Of a DNA stretch of 64,000 bases, positions 9,795-20,609 are shown piece by piece. The stretch covers positions 218,456 through 282,455 of the forward strand of contig JBFWMA010000001.1 of assembly GCA_050251875.1 (NCBI GenBank). Direction: 5' to 3'. Both the position numbers and the translations under genes were made by a program. The DNA is from Deferribacterales bacterium. GTDB taxonomy: Bacteria; Chrysiogenota; Deferribacteres; Deferribacterales; Geovibrionaceae. Each line of letters opens with the position of its first letter. The stretch's first letter is position 1. The notes beneath the pieces are model-generated. The model made no database searches and was not told the origin of the DNA. It saw nothing but the letters and a program-made list of their open reading frames with translations.

Positions 9795-9852
9795 AAGTCT
9801 ATTTTCGGAAGAAGATGTTTAGTATCACAGTGATTATTACGCTGATGACTAT
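9795..9852. repeat. Direct-repeat partner, intact 3' end of the DUF2905-like gene
   Basis: Matches 8049-8106 at 49/58 nt. Confidence 0.9.
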
Positions 9853-10023
9853 AGATGTGACGATGGGAAAGTGAAATGAGAAATTTTCCCTTTTTATATT
9901 GATATCCCCGGGCAGTCTGCCCAGAGTTATGTTCAGCCCGGATTTGGAGATGATCAGCATGGCTGTTCCGGCAAGGGTTATGACTATGCCTAATGTTATC
10001 AATAATTTTGCTGTTTCCTGCAT
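9799..10023 (-). CDS. DUF2905 family small membrane protein
   Basis: GRLPGDI.I.RENFSFHFPIVTSIVIS signature between two TM helices; AGAGG RBS. Confidence 0.9.
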   Translation of the reverse strand: MQETAKLLITLGIVITLAGTAMLIISKSGLNITLGRLPGDINIKRENFSFHFPIVTSIVISVIITVILNIFFRK

Positions 10024-10092
10024 TATCTGCCTCTGTATTGCCTCTTCAGAATATTCAATTGACTGCGCTTCAAGTTTATTTTATTTTGAATT

Positions 10093-11535
10093 ATGAAATA
10101 TTTTCGCACAAATTCAAGATTTTTGCTTCTGCTTTTTGTTTTTGTTCTGATATCAGTTGCAACGGCGGAAACAAAAAGACCAAATATTGACGAAGGGTGG
10201 TTTCTGAGCCCAGTGGTTAATCTGGTTAAACACGGGTATATGGGAACCAGCGTCATAGAGGAGGCGGGCACTCCTTATTTCGGGATAAACTCACGAACAT
10301 ACTGGATGCCTCCGGCCAGCTTTATATTCGGGTCGCTATGGGCGTCCGTGGCTGGTTTTTCTTTTTTTGCAATGAGGCTGACGTCTTTGTTCTGGGCGCT
10401 GATTGCTCTTTTCTCCATTTATTCTGTATCGGAAACGCTGAGCGGAGATAAAAAAACGGCTCTCCTGTCATCCGGTTTTATGGCGTGTAATTACGTCTTT
10501 ATACAGTCATCTGCTGATATCCGCATGGATATGATGTGCATGGCGCTGATGCTGGCGGCTCTCGCTGTTTATCTTCGTTTCAGGGACAGGACATTTTTTG
10601 CTTCCGTTTTGGCGGCGGAATCACTGGTTCTTTTGTCCGGGTTGACACATCCTCACGGGCTGATATCATTCATTGTGCTTCATATTTTTATCTTAGGTCT
10701 TGATACCAAAAAGATAAGTATCCGGTTATTCATGGCGGTGACAGGCATATACCTTGCGGGCGGTCTTCTGTGGCTTGCGTATATTCTGCCCGGATACGAT
10801 ATTTTTAGGGCGCAGTTTTTCGCCAATGTCACCGGGAGATACAGTGGCACAGGGCTTTTTTCTCTCGTTATCACCGAGCTTCAGCAGAGATATTTCGAGA
10901 TGTTCGGGCTGAAGGCTGGCAGCGGTCTTGCGGCTAAGATAAAAATATACGCTTTTGTGTGCTATATCTTCTTTTTCATCGCTTTTCCTTTTACGTCATC
11001 TTTCAGAAAGCAAAAAGAGATGAAACTAATTTACCTCGCTCTGCTGGCTGTGCTTTGTTTTCTCACTTTCCAGCCTAACAAGGCGCAGTTTTATCTTGTC
11101 ACTCCTCTGCCTTTCATCGCCATAGCCGGAGCGGTGGTTTGCATGGAGCTTGCCGGGAGAGGCAGCAGGTTTCTTCTGATATCCGCCGTTGGGCTTTTTA
11201 TGGCTGTTCAGCTTTTGTCTTCTTTTAATGTATTAGTAAAGAATGAATTCAGAAAAAGTTTTCTTCCGGTGGCTGATCTGGTGAGAACATTATCACCGGA
11301 AAAAGTAGCCGCCAGTTCGGAGTTCGACTTTGCAACGGATTTTGACGGAAGGGTAAAAGACGATCCTTCGCTCGGTTTCTTCAGCGGCAGAGTGCCGGAT
11401 ATGGTTATAATAGACAAGAGATATAAAGACCTGATGGAAAATGACACCGGCAACATCAGAGAATATAAACAAAAACTGATAAGCGGTATGAGACAAACGT
11501 TCAGCAATAATCTTTATACCATATATGTCAAATAA
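10093..11535 (+). CDS. ArnT/PMT-like (GT-C fold) membrane glycosyltransferase
   Basis: First TM helix followed by IDEGW acidic loop, MPP, R.D motifs, many TM helices. Confidence 0.8.
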   Translation: MKYFRTNSRFLLLLFVFVLISVATAETKRPNIDEGWFLSPVVNLVKHGYMGTSVIEEAGTPYFGINSRTYWMPPASFIFGSLWASVAGFSFFAMRLTSLFWALIALFSIYSVSETLSGDKKTALLSSGFMACNYVFIQSSADIRMDMMCMALMLAALAVYLRFRDRTFFASVLAAESLVLLSGLTHPHGLISFIVLHIFILGLDTKKISIRLFMAVTGIYLAGGLLWLAYILPGYDIFRAQFFANVTGRYSGTGLFSLVITELQQRYFEMFGLKAGSGLAAKIKIYAFVCYIFFFIAFPFTSSFRKQKEMKLIYLALLAVLCFLTFQPNKAQFYLVTPLPFIAIAGAVVCMELAGRGSRFLLISAVGLFMAVQLLSSFNVLVKNEFRKSFLPVADLVRTLSPEKVAASSEFDFATDFDGRVKDDPSLGFFSGRVPDMVIIDKRYKDLMENDTGNIREYKQKLISGMRQTFSNNLYTIYVK

Positions 11536-11570
11536 AGAGCGGTGTTAAAAAAACGGAGCGGACAGACACA

Positions 11571-12689
11571 GTGAAAAAAGTTCTATTTGTGTTCGGAACC
11601 AGACCGGAAGCTATCAAAATGGCTCCTGTAATAAAAAAATTTTATGAAAACAACGGTATAGTTGAAACAAAAATATGCGTTACAGCCCAGCACAGAGAGA
11701 TGCTGGACAATGTGCTGGGTGTTTTCGACATAAAGCCTGATTATGATCTTGATATCATGAAAGAGAATCAGGATCTTTTCGACATAACAGCCGCCATAAT
11801 CACCGGAATGAAACAGGTTCTGAGCGAGTGCCGTCCGGATCTTGTTTTTGTCCACGGCGATACATCAACAACATTCTGCGCTTCGCTGGCGGCTTATTAT
11901 TCGCAGATACCAGTGGCTCATATAGAAGCCGGGCTGAGAACAGGCGACATCTATTCTCCCTTCCCGGAAGAGGTGAACAGACTGCTGACCGGAAGGATCG
12001 CCTCCTGGCATTTTGCCCCTACGGAATCGGCACAGAAGAATCTTCTGAGAGAGGGCGTCTCGTCCGACAGGATATTCGTCACCGGAAACACAGTTATTGA
12101 CGCTCTGCTGAGAATATCCGCCGAACCGGAGACGGACTCTTGCCCGATAGAAGGTTATGAAATAACCGACAGAAAGATTATACTGGTTACAGGACACCGG
12201 AGGGAGAGCTTCGGCGAAGGGTTTGAAAACATATGTTTAGCCATAAGGGAGCTATCCGGGAAGTATCCTGACACTGATATTGTATATCCTGTACATCTTA
12301 ACCCGAATGTTCAGCGTCCTGTGAACAGTATGCTGTCGGGAGTTAAAAATATACATCTTATAAAACCCCTGGACTATCGCCCGTTCATCAGACTGATGAA
12401 AGCCAGTCATATTATTCTGACGGATAGCGGGGGGATACAGGAGGAGGCGCCCAGTCTGAATAAGCCTGTGGTGGTTATGAGAGATGTGACAGAAAGGCAC
12501 GAGGCAGTGGCGGCGGGAACTGCTGTTCTGGCTGGAAGCGGCAGAGAGAGGATCGTCCGCTCTGTTTCTGAGCTGATGGAAAACCATGACAGATATAAAT
12601 CTGTCGCCAGCTCCGCAAACCCGTACGGCAGTGGAAACGCCTCGGATATGATTTTTGATGTTGTGAAAAGAATAGTTTCGAATATATGA
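11571..12689 (+). CDS. wecB: UDP-N-acetylglucosamine 2-epimerase (non-hydrolysing)
   Basis: [38 protein letters not shown] start. Confidence 0.97.
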   Translation: MKKVLFVFGTRPEAIKMAPVIKKFYENNGIVETKICVTAQHREMLDNVLGVFDIKPDYDLDIMKENQDLFDITAAIITGMKQVLSECRPDLVFVHGDTSTTFCASLAAYYSQIPVAHIEAGLRTGDIYSPFPEEVNRLLTGRIASWHFAPTESAQKNLLREGVSSDRIFVTGNTVIDALLRISAEPETDSCPIEGYEITDRKIILVTGHRRESFGEGFENICLAIRELSGKYPDTDIVYPVHLNPNVQRPVNSMLSGVKNIHLIKPLDYRPFIRLMKASHIILTDSGGIQEEAPSLNKPVVVMRDVTERHEAVAAGTAVLAGSGRERIVRSVSELMENHDRYKSVASSANPYGSGNASDMIFDVVKRIVSNI

Positions 12690-12712
12690 AAGTAATGTAT
12701 TCAGGAGATAAT

Positions 12713-14062
12713 ATGGCAGACTGTTTTAAAGCGTATGATGTCAGGGGCAGAGTGCCCGAGGAACTGAACGAGGATATCGCGTTCAGAATAGGTAGCGCAT
12801 ACGCTGATGTGATAAAACCGAAAAAAGTTGTTGTCGGCAGAGATATCCGTCATACCAGCGGTTCTTTGGCGGCCGCTCTTTCAGAGGGGCTCATGTCCCG
12901 TGGAGTGGATGTTTTCGATATTGGTCTCTGCGGTACGGAAGAGATATATTTTTCGACATTTCATTTCGGAATGGACGGCGGGATAATGGTTACCGCCAGC
13001 CATAATCCGATAGAATACAACGGGATGAAATTCGTGCGTAAAGGTTCTGTTCCCATATCGGGAGATACTGGGCTGAACGATATAAAAGAGTTGGTGTATT
13101 CGGAAAATATGCCCGTCAGCAACAGCGAAAGAGGCACTTATAATCTGCTGAGTCATAGAGACGAGTATATTAAGCACCTTCTTGGATATATAGACGCGGA
13201 CTCTCTGAAAGGTATGACGCTGGCGGTAAATGCCGGAAACGGCTGTGCCGGAGTTGTCATCGACGAACTGGAGAAGCATCTCCCATGCAGGTTTATCAAA
13301 GTGCACAATGAACCGGACGGTTCGTTTCCCAACGGCATACCGAACCCTCTGCTTCCTGAAAACAGGAAAGATACCGCCGCCGCCGTCATAAAGTATAAAG
13401 CCGATATGGGTATCGCTTGGGACGGGGATTTTGACAGGTGTTTTCTGTTTGACGAAAAGGGAGAGTTTATAGAGGGCTACTACATAGTGGCCATGCTGGC
13501 GGAAGAGATGCTGAAAAAAAATCCGGGCTCGTCAGTCATATATGATCCAAGACTATACTGGAACACTGTTGAGGTAATAAAAAAAGCCGGCGGAGTGCCT
13601 GTCATGAGCAAGACCGGTCACGCGTTTATAAAAGAGCGCATGAGAAAAGAGGACGCAGTCTACGGCGGAGAGATGAGCGCCCACCACTATTTCAAAAACT
13701 TTGCCTATTGCGACAGTGGGATGATCCCTTGGCTTCTGGTCGCTTCGCTCATCAGTTCAAAAGGCGTGAACCTGTTCGAGCTTGTAAAACATTATGTTTT
13801 AGAGTATCCTGTAAGCGGAGAAATAAATAGCGAAGTCAGTGATCCTAAGTGTGTGATGGAGCAGGTTGCGGCTATATACGGTAAAGACGCGCTCAGTGTT
13901 GACCGCACTGACGGACTCGGCATGGAGTTTGACAACTGGAGATTCAACCTGCGCATGTCAAATACCGAACCTCTTATCAGATTGAATGTCGAAAGCAGAG
14001 GGGATGAACAACTGATGAAGACTAAAACCAGCGAACTTTTGTCACTAATAAGGAATCACTAG
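12713..14062 (+). CDS. manB: Phosphomannomutase (CpsG/ManB)
   Basis: [33 protein letters not shown] at 12713 after AGGAG (ORF track starts at 12686). Confidence 0.96.
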   Translation: MADCFKAYDVRGRVPEELNEDIAFRIGSAYADVIKPKKVVVGRDIRHTSGSLAAALSEGLMSRGVDVFDIGLCGTEEIYFSTFHFGMDGGIMVTASHNPIEYNGMKFVRKGSVPISGDTGLNDIKELVYSENMPVSNSERGTYNLLSHRDEYIKHLLGYIDADSLKGMTLAVNAGNGCAGVVIDELEKHLPCRFIKVHNEPDGSFPNGIPNPLLPENRKDTAAAVIKYKADMGIAWDGDFDRCFLFDEKGEFIEGYYIVAMLAEEMLKKNPGSSVIYDPRLYWNTVEVIKKAGGVPVMSKTGHAFIKERMRKEDAVYGGEMSAHHYFKNFAYCDSGMIPWLLVASLISSKGVNLFELVKHYVLEYPVSGEINSEVSDPKCVMEQVAAIYGKDALSVDRTDGLGMEFDNWRFNLRMSNTEPLIRLNVESRGDEQLMKTKTSELLSLIRNH

Positions 14063-14070
14063 AAGAAGGG

Positions 14071-15486
14071 ATGAGTATGATCAATATTCTTTTATGCGGC
14101 GGCAGTGGGACAAGGCTGTGGCCAATATCAAGAAAAAGTTACCCAAAACAGTTTTGCAGGTTATTAGGCGATAAATCGCTTTTTATGGATACTGTCGCCC
14201 GCAATAACAGCACATGCAATAAACAGATAATCATAACCAGCGCAGATAATTTTTTTATGGCTGTAAATCAGATAGAGGAAATGGAAGAGGATTGTGACGC
14301 ATTTGAGTATATTCTGGAGCCGAAGGGCAGAAACACAGCTCCTGCCGTGGCTCTAGGCTGTTTCTACGCAAAGCCTGACGATATAATTTTTGTAAGTCCT
14401 GCCGATCACATTATTACCAACACAGACGCATATATAACAGCGGCCAAACTGGCTGAAAAAGCGGCCGGTGAAGGTTTTTTGGTGACATTCGGAATAAAGC
14501 CGCTTTCTCCTGAAACAGGATATGGCTATATAGAGGCTGAGAGCAGCGGCAATGTTATAAGGAAGACAATCTCATTTAAAGAAAAACCTGATAAAAAAAC
14601 GGCTGAAGAATACATCGCCTCTGGAAATTATTTCTGGAATAGCGGGATGTTTTGTTTTAAGGTCGGTGTTTTCCTTGATGAACTGAAAAAATACTGCCCG
14701 GAGATTTACAAAAAGTCTTATGAGGCGTATAAAAACGCCATGACAGAAGACGGTGTGCATAATATAGATCTGGATGACATGATGTCTATTCCAAGTGACA
14801 GCATAGACTATGCCGTAATGGAGAAGAGTTCTCTGGTTAAGGTGATTCCGGTTGATCTCGGCTGGAATGATGTAGGCAGTTACGATGCGCTGGATAAAGA
14901 GTTTGCTAAAGACGATAACGGCAACTCAGGCATGGACAATAATATCTCTGTCGATTCGTCCAATATTACCGCTATTTCTGAAAAAGTGGTGGCTACGCTC
15001 GGTGTCAGCGATCTTTTTATCATAGATACAAAAGATGCCCTGCTGGTGGCTAAAAAGGGTACGACCCAAAAAATAAAAGACATAGTTCCTCTGCTGGAAA
15101 AAGCGGAGAAAAAAGACAAGAAATACACCGATCTAACCATCCTCCATACCACAGCGCATAGACCTTGGGGGTCATACACGGTTCTTGAGTCAGGCGACAG
15201 GTACAAAATGAAGCGTATCGTCGTCAAACCGGGTAAAAGACTCTCTCTGCAGAAGCATTATCACAGAAGCGAGCACTGGGTGGTAGTCAGCGGCTCTGCA
15301 GTCGTTACCAGAGGCGATGAAGAGATTTTTCTGAAAACAAACGAATCGATATATATCCCGATGGGAATAATTCACAGACTCGAGAATCAAGGTAAGATAG
15401 ATTTAGTCGTGCTTGAGATACAGGTTGGTGAATATCTTGCTGAAGACGACATAGTGCGTGTTCAGGATGATTTTAAACGAGGCTGA
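14071..15486 (+). CDS. manC: Mannose-1-phosphate guanylyltransferase / mannose-6-phosphate isomerase
   Basis: GGSGTRLWPISR..PKQF, SIDYAVME, C-terminal cupin RPWG...HRSEHW. Confidence 0.97.
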   Translation: MSMINILLCGGSGTRLWPISRKSYPKQFCRLLGDKSLFMDTVARNNSTCNKQIIITSADNFFMAVNQIEEMEEDCDAFEYILEPKGRNTAPAVALGCFYAKPDDIIFVSPADHIITNTDAYITAAKLAEKAAGEGFLVTFGIKPLSPETGYGYIEAESSGNVIRKTISFKEKPDKKTAEEYIASGNYFWNSGMFCFKVGVFLDELKKYCPEIYKKSYEAYKNAMTEDGVHNIDLDDMMSIPSDSIDYAVMEKSSLVKVIPVDLGWNDVGSYDALDKEFAKDDNGNSGMDNNISVDSSNITAISEKVVATLGVSDLFIIDTKDALLVAKKGTTQKIKDIVPLLEKAEKKDKKYTDLTILHTTAHRPWGSYTVLESGDRYKMKRIVVKPGKRLSLQKHYHRSEHWVVVSGSAVVTRGDEEIFLKTNESIYIPMGIIHRLENQGKIDLVVLEIQVGEYLAEDDIVRVQDDFKRG

Positions 15487-15504
15487 TTTATTTATGGAGA
15501 GCCA

Positions 15505-16620
15505 ATGAGGATCCTGCATGTAGGGAAATATCAGTTTGAAAAAAGAGGCGGGATCGAGACGCTGACGTATCAATTATGCAGAAAGCTGATAGACCACGCT
15601 TATGACGTGCGTGTTTTGTGCTCTTCCGAGGGCAATAAGACGGCTGTCGAAACATATGACAATATACCGTGCGTCAGAGCGGCTACGTGGATTGTTGTAG
15701 GTTCTGCTCCCATATGCCCTTTTCAGTTCATCTATTTTCTGAAAAACAGAAAGAAATTTGACCTGCTGCATGTGCATCTTCCTAATCCTTTTGTCACTTT
15801 TTTTCTTCTTCTGGCGGGGACAGGGGCAAAAATAGTTGTCCACTGGCATGCAGACGTCATTAAGCAGAAATATCTTTTTAAACTGTACAGACCTTTTCTT
15901 AAAATGTTTCTAAAAAGGGTGGACAGAATAATAGCCACATCCCCCAATTATTTCGAGGCATCATCTGCTCTGCGGGAGTACAGGGATAAAGTCTCCGTGA
16001 TAACAATGGGGCTTGACGAACCGCAGAAGGCGTCCGCTGAACTTGTGGATAAATGGAAAGACAGATTCGGCAGAAAAAAAATAATACTCAGCATAGGCAG
16101 GCTTATATATTACAAAAGTTACGATGTCCTGATAAGAGCGGCTTCACACCTTTCAGACGACTACCATGTGGTGATAGTCGGCAAAGGGGAGGATAAGCAT
16201 TCGCTGGAAAATCTTGTCGAAAAACAGGCGAAAGGCAGGGTATCTCTGCTGTCTGATATAAACGATAACGATAAGAACGCTCTTTTGGAAGCCTGCGATA
16301 TATTTGTGCTCCCGTCCTCTTATAGAAGCGAGGCCTTCGGACTGGTGCAGGTGGAGGCTATGCAGTTTGCAAAACCTCTTGTCTGTTGTGATATTCAGGG
16401 CAGCGGCGTGAGTTATGTTAACAAGGACGGCGTATCAGGTCTGGTTACCCCGGTGGGCGACGACAAAAAAATGGCCGAAGCCATAGCCGCCATTTGCGGG
16501 AACGAAGATATATATCGTAAATTTTCGGAAGGCTCATACTCCAGATATATGGAGCTTTTCAGAGCCGATGCGATGGTGGAAAAGATAGAAGATCTCTACA
16601 AAGAAATCATGGAAAAATAG
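15505..16620 (+). CDS. GT4 glycosyltransferase
   Basis: GGIE, H.PNP, WHAD, RSEAFGLVQVEAM (ExxxxxxxE). Confidence 0.92.
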   Translation: MRILHVGKYQFEKRGGIETLTYQLCRKLIDHAYDVRVLCSSEGNKTAVETYDNIPCVRAATWIVVGSAPICPFQFIYFLKNRKKFDLLHVHLPNPFVTFFLLLAGTGAKIVVHWHADVIKQKYLFKLYRPFLKMFLKRVDRIIATSPNYFEASSALREYRDKVSVITMGLDEPQKASAELVDKWKDRFGRKKIILSIGRLIYYKSYDVLIRAASHLSDDYHVVIVGKGEDKHSLENLVEKQAKGRVSLLSDINDNDKNALLEACDIFVLPSSYRSEAFGLVQVEAMQFAKPLVCCDIQGSGVSYVNKDGVSGLVTPVGDDKKMAEAIAAICGNEDIYRKFSEGSYSRYMELFRADAMVEKIEDLYKEIMEK

Positions 16621-16622
16621 TA

Positions 16623-17975
16623 ATGTTATTTAAATTTTATAGAAAAGCAGTCAATGCGCTCCGCGGTATTGCCGGCCCCGGAATGCTTTATAAATACGCG
16701 GAGATGAGAGAGGGCAGGTCTATTCTGGACAAGCTGTTTCAGATGTATGCTCTCGGCGGTCTTTCATATGATGAGAGACAGACCCTGAACAGAGAACTGA
16801 TATACAGAACTCTTAGCAGTGCATCAGTGAACGTTCCATATTACAGAGACCTTTTCAAAAAAATCGGGTTTGTTCCTGAAAAGGTCAGAAGCGACATAGG
16901 CTTTTTAACGGACATTCCTCTCTTGACCAAAGACATAATTCTGGAACATGGCAGCAGGATGATTTCAGACCTGTGTCATGACAAAAAACAGTTCCACTGT
17001 AAGACGGGCGGTTCCACCGGAAAGACTGTCGTGGTGATATACGATCAGGACGCTGCGGACTGGTCTGCGGCAGCTACGCTTTACGGCAGGAGTCTCGCCG
17101 GTAAAAGCATATTTGACTCAGAACTGCACTTTTCCGCCAAGTTTGACGATATTCCCGGCTTTAAAGACAGGCTGAGAGAGAGCGTCAAAATTTTTTCCAT
17201 GAACAGGTTCAATTATTTTTTCGCCACTTATTCAAAAGAAGAGATGACCGCCATGTGGCGCTATATAGAGTCGAAGAGACCTAAGCTGGTTCATTCGCAT
17301 CCTTCCACCATGTATGCATTGGCTCTGGCCGTGCGTGACGGCGGATTTGATGTCCCTGCGTTCGAGATATTCGAATCCAGCGGAGAACTGCTGAATACAT
17401 CCAAGCGCAGAGCCATAGAACAGTATCTGCAATGCCGTGTGGTGGACAGATACGGTCTGGCGGAGCTGGGTGTTGTCGCATACGAAGACGGATACAAAGA
17501 CGAATGGCTCAGGGTATTCGACGGATTCGCTTGGGTGGAGTCTGTGAACAATGAGCTGGTGATGACATCCATGCGCAACGACTGTATGCCTATGATACGC
17601 TATAACTCGGGTGACAGCGGACTAATTGCCGAAGAGAACGGATACCGCTATATTACAGATATCGGCGGCCGCATACATGATACCGTGATGATGCGAGGCA
17701 GAAAGACCCCAACGCATTATATTCAGGATATAATCGACCACAGAGTCGGAGAGTGCGAGGAATTTCAGATAATAGAGAAGAAGGACGGCAGATATACACT
17801 GTGTATCGTGCCTAAGCCTGACGCTGATATAAACGGCATTACGGACAGACTGAAAAAATATTTTGCCGACGATTTAGAAATAAAATTTATCTCAACCTGC
17901 GAACTGACGCTTGTGGGAAGAAGAAATAAATTCAGGTACCTTGTCAGGGAGACAGATGATACAAATCAAATATGA
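16623..17975 (+). CDS. PaaK/CapK-like adenylate-forming enzyme
   Basis: VPYYR, PLLTK, TGGSTG P-loop, SSGE, DRYG..E, MPMIRY.SGD, GGR. Confidence 0.88.
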   Translation: MLFKFYRKAVNALRGIAGPGMLYKYAEMREGRSILDKLFQMYALGGLSYDERQTLNRELIYRTLSSASVNVPYYRDLFKKIGFVPEKVRSDIGFLTDIPLLTKDIILEHGSRMISDLCHDKKQFHCKTGGSTGKTVVVIYDQDAADWSAAATLYGRSLAGKSIFDSELHFSAKFDDIPGFKDRLRESVKIFSMNRFNYFFATYSKEEMTAMWRYIESKRPKLVHSHPSTMYALALAVRDGGFDVPAFEIFESSGELLNTSKRRAIEQYLQCRVVDRYGLAELGVVAYEDGYKDEWLRVFDGFAWVESVNNELVMTSMRNDCMPMIRYNSGDSGLIAEENGYRYITDIGGRIHDTVMMRGRKTPTHYIQDIIDHRVGECEEFQIIEKKDGRYTLCIVPKPDADINGITDRLKKYFADDLEIKFISTCELTLVGRRNKFRYLVRETDDTNQI

Positions 17976-19440
17976 TCATAATGATTCATACATTTACGAA
18001 ATTGTAAGGACGGCTTTTGAGAGGAGCTTTACCGTTTCTCAGATGACGGATGGCGACAAAGCGTCCGTGTACGTTGTCATAAACCCTGACAGCCCTGATG
18101 CTATCAGAATACATATGGAGATGGGGCATAAGGTCATTGTATTTGGCAGGCCGGACGAGCGCACTGCGGAATATATGGGGATTACACTGCTTCCATACGA
18201 AAATATAACCGGCAGAGGAGCGTGCGCTTCCGCAGTCACCGCCGCCGCTTCAGAGAGCAGAGAGGAGATAGCCTATAATAAGAAGTCGCCTCTGGCTCAG
18301 GCGTATCCTTTCAGTTCCAGACCCTTCTGCCGTTTTGACTTTACAGACGAGTGGAATAACATGGGCTACGGCAGGATTACTCTGGATGGTTTAGAATGGG
18401 CAGTATCCTGTGCAGCAGTCTGCGAGGATGCTTTCGCGTCATTTAGTCTTGACGGCATCTGGTATGCCTTCGCCCTACTGAAAGATACCGAAAAAGGGTC
18501 ACTGCTGTGGGTGAACAGGGCAGTGGGATGGTGCGACTCAGTCGAGTGGAACATAATAGAATATTTTATAAGCGCATACAGATATAAAGACATAGCTACA
18601 CTGCCTTACCTGTTGGATATTCCCGCAGGATGCGCGTCAGCCGTCACCATGAGGCTGGACTGCGACGAGCATATACTCAGCTCAAAAAGGCTTTTCGAGC
18701 TGTACAGAGAGAGAAATATTCCGTTCACACTGGCAGTAAAAACATCTCTGGAGCTTAACGGAGAGGTCAGGCAATATTTTGATGATATACTTGCGGCAGG
18801 GGGGGCTATCCTGTCTCATTCCATAAATCATAAATGCGATTGGGGCTCCGATTTCAGAGACGCCGTATATGAAGGCGCTGTCTCCAGAACTGTTCTTGAG
18901 CGATTTCTCGGCATGCCTGTTAATTTTGCCGTATCGCCGTTTCATCAGAATTCCCCAAAGGCTGTCTGCGCTGTCAAGAATGCCGGCTACAGAGGCTTTA
19001 TAGGCGGTATAATCCACAATGATCCCGAATATCTGCTGTCCAGAGGCGGGGCTGTACCTTTTGTAGACGGTATAGCGTCACACAGCCAGCAGTGCATGCT
19101 CCACGGGGACTGTCCCCAGAATGACGCCGAAGACGAACTTTACATCTATAAAAACTCATATAACTCAGCCAGACAGACATCAGCTTTTTTTGGATATCTT
19201 GATCATCCTCAGTCTGCATATGACTACGGCTGGAAGAGTTTTGACAGACAATGTAATGCCCATATGGACTATCTGGATTTTCTTCAGGCTTCAGAGGCGT
19301 CTTTTTTCAGCGCAGCTCAGTGTCTGGAGTTCATGTGCGGTAAAAAACTACTTTCCGTCCGTGACGGCGTGTTATCTATGAACGGTGAAAACTCTTTCGG
19401 ATATACATTTTCCGAAGGCGGCAGGATGATAAATGTCTGA
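17956..19440 (+). CDS. Polysaccharide deacetylase-like (NodB/CE4-type) protein with N-terminal extension
   Basis: VTMRLDCDE and SHSINH metal-binding motifs; ATG at 17956 after GGAGA (ORF track starts at 17911). Confidence 0.72.
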   Translation: MIQIKYDHNDSYIYEIVRTAFERSFTVSQMTDGDKASVYVVINPDSPDAIRIHMEMGHKVIVFGRPDERTAEYMGITLLPYENITGRGACASAVTAAASESREEIAYNKKSPLAQAYPFSSRPFCRFDFTDEWNNMGYGRITLDGLEWAVSCAAVCEDAFASFSLDGIWYAFALLKDTEKGSLLWVNRAVGWCDSVEWNIIEYFISAYRYKDIATLPYLLDIPAGCASAVTMRLDCDEHILSSKRLFELYRERNIPFTLAVKTSLELNGEVRQYFDDILAAGGAILSHSINHKCDWGSDFRDAVYEGAVSRTVLERFLGMPVNFAVSPFHQNSPKAVCAVKNAGYRGFIGGIIHNDPEYLLSRGGAVPFVDGIASHSQQCMLHGDCPQNDAEDELYIYKNSYNSARQTSAFFGYLDHPQSAYDYGWKSFDRQCNAHMDYLDFLQASEASFFSAAQCLEFMCGKKLLSVRDGVLSMNGENSFGYTFSEGGRMINV

Positions 19441-20593
19441 ACCTAAATGTTTTGTACTGTTCTCAACCGCCGACTGGGGGCATAAATATCTTACAAACAA
19501 ACAGCATGTGACAATGTCTCTGGCAGACAGGGGCTACAGGGTTATGTATGTTGAGTCCATAGGTATAAGACAGCCGGGTATAAACGCTCAGGATATATCG
19601 CGTATATTCAAGAGGCTTATAAAAGGCCTGCTGCCTGTAAAAAAGGTCAGGAACAACGTGTGGGTATATTCTCCGTTGACTATTCCTTTTAAGCATCATA
19701 TGAAAATAGTAAAAAAAATAAATAATTTCATACTTTCATCAGTGATAAAGACCGCAATGTTCTTTTTAGGGTTTAGAGATGCGTGTGTATGGACGTACCA
19801 TCCGCTTATTAATGACGTATTGAAAAATCTGAGGTACAGCAAGCTGGTGTATCACAGTGTGGATGATCTGACGGCAGTTCCAGGGATAGATAAGGAACTT
19901 ATCAGACGGAACGAAGATATCCTTCTCGGCTCGGCGGACCATGTGTTTGTTACCAGCCGCAATTTGGAGAAGATGTACTCTGAAAAATATCCAGACAAAG
20001 TGCATTATTTTTCAAATGTTGCGGATATTGAGATGTTTTCTAAGGCCAGAAGCGCTCTGAAAAGACCTGAGGACATGCCTGACGGCGTGAATATAATGTA
20101 TATCGGAGTTCTGACCGACTTTAAGCTGGATTTCCGGCTCGTATATGAGATCGCTATCGCAAAGCCTGACTGGAACTGGATCTTCATCGGTGAAGAGCGG
20201 GAAGGGCAGAACAATGAGTATATTAAGAAAATGGCAGATATGCCAAATGTATATTATCTCGGTTACCGCCCTTACACAGAACTTCCGTATTATCTTAAAT
20301 ATGCGGATGTTGCTGTGCTGCCGAGCCTTATCAACGACTATACTGTCAGCATGTTTCCTATGAAGTTTTTTGAATATCTGGCCGCCGGAAAGCCTGTGGT
20401 GGGGACAAAACTGCCCGCTCTGAAAGAGTTCACACATATGTATTCCGCCGCAGAGGGATCAGATGAATTCGTTTCGATGATTAGTGAAATAGTTGACATG
20501 AAAAGGGATAAAACGGTTGACTTAAAGGATATAGAGATGTATTCATACAATGGTCGAATAGAGAAAATGTTGAAAATATTGCAGAATTTTTGA
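19433..20593 (+). CDS. GT4 glycosyltransferase (TuaH-like)
   Basis: STADW...TNKQH, YHSVDD, FPMKFFEYLAAGKPVV. Confidence 0.9.
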   Translation: MSEPKCFVLFSTADWGHKYLTNKQHVTMSLADRGYRVMYVESIGIRQPGINAQDISRIFKRLIKGLLPVKKVRNNVWVYSPLTIPFKHHMKIVKKINNFILSSVIKTAMFFLGFRDACVWTYHPLINDVLKNLRYSKLVYHSVDDLTAVPGIDKELIRRNEDILLGSADHVFVTSRNLEKMYSEKYPDKVHYFSNVADIEMFSKARSALKRPEDMPDGVNIMYIGVLTDFKLDFRLVYEIAIAKPDWNWIFIGEEREGQNNEYIKKMADMPNVYYLGYRPYTELPYYLKYADVAVLPSLINDYTVSMFPMKFFEYLAAGKPVVGTKLPALKEFTHMYSAAEGSDEFVSMISEIVDMKRDKTVDLKDIEMYSYNGRIEKMLKILQNF

Positions 20594-20609
20594 ATTATAT
20601 ACGGGAAGA

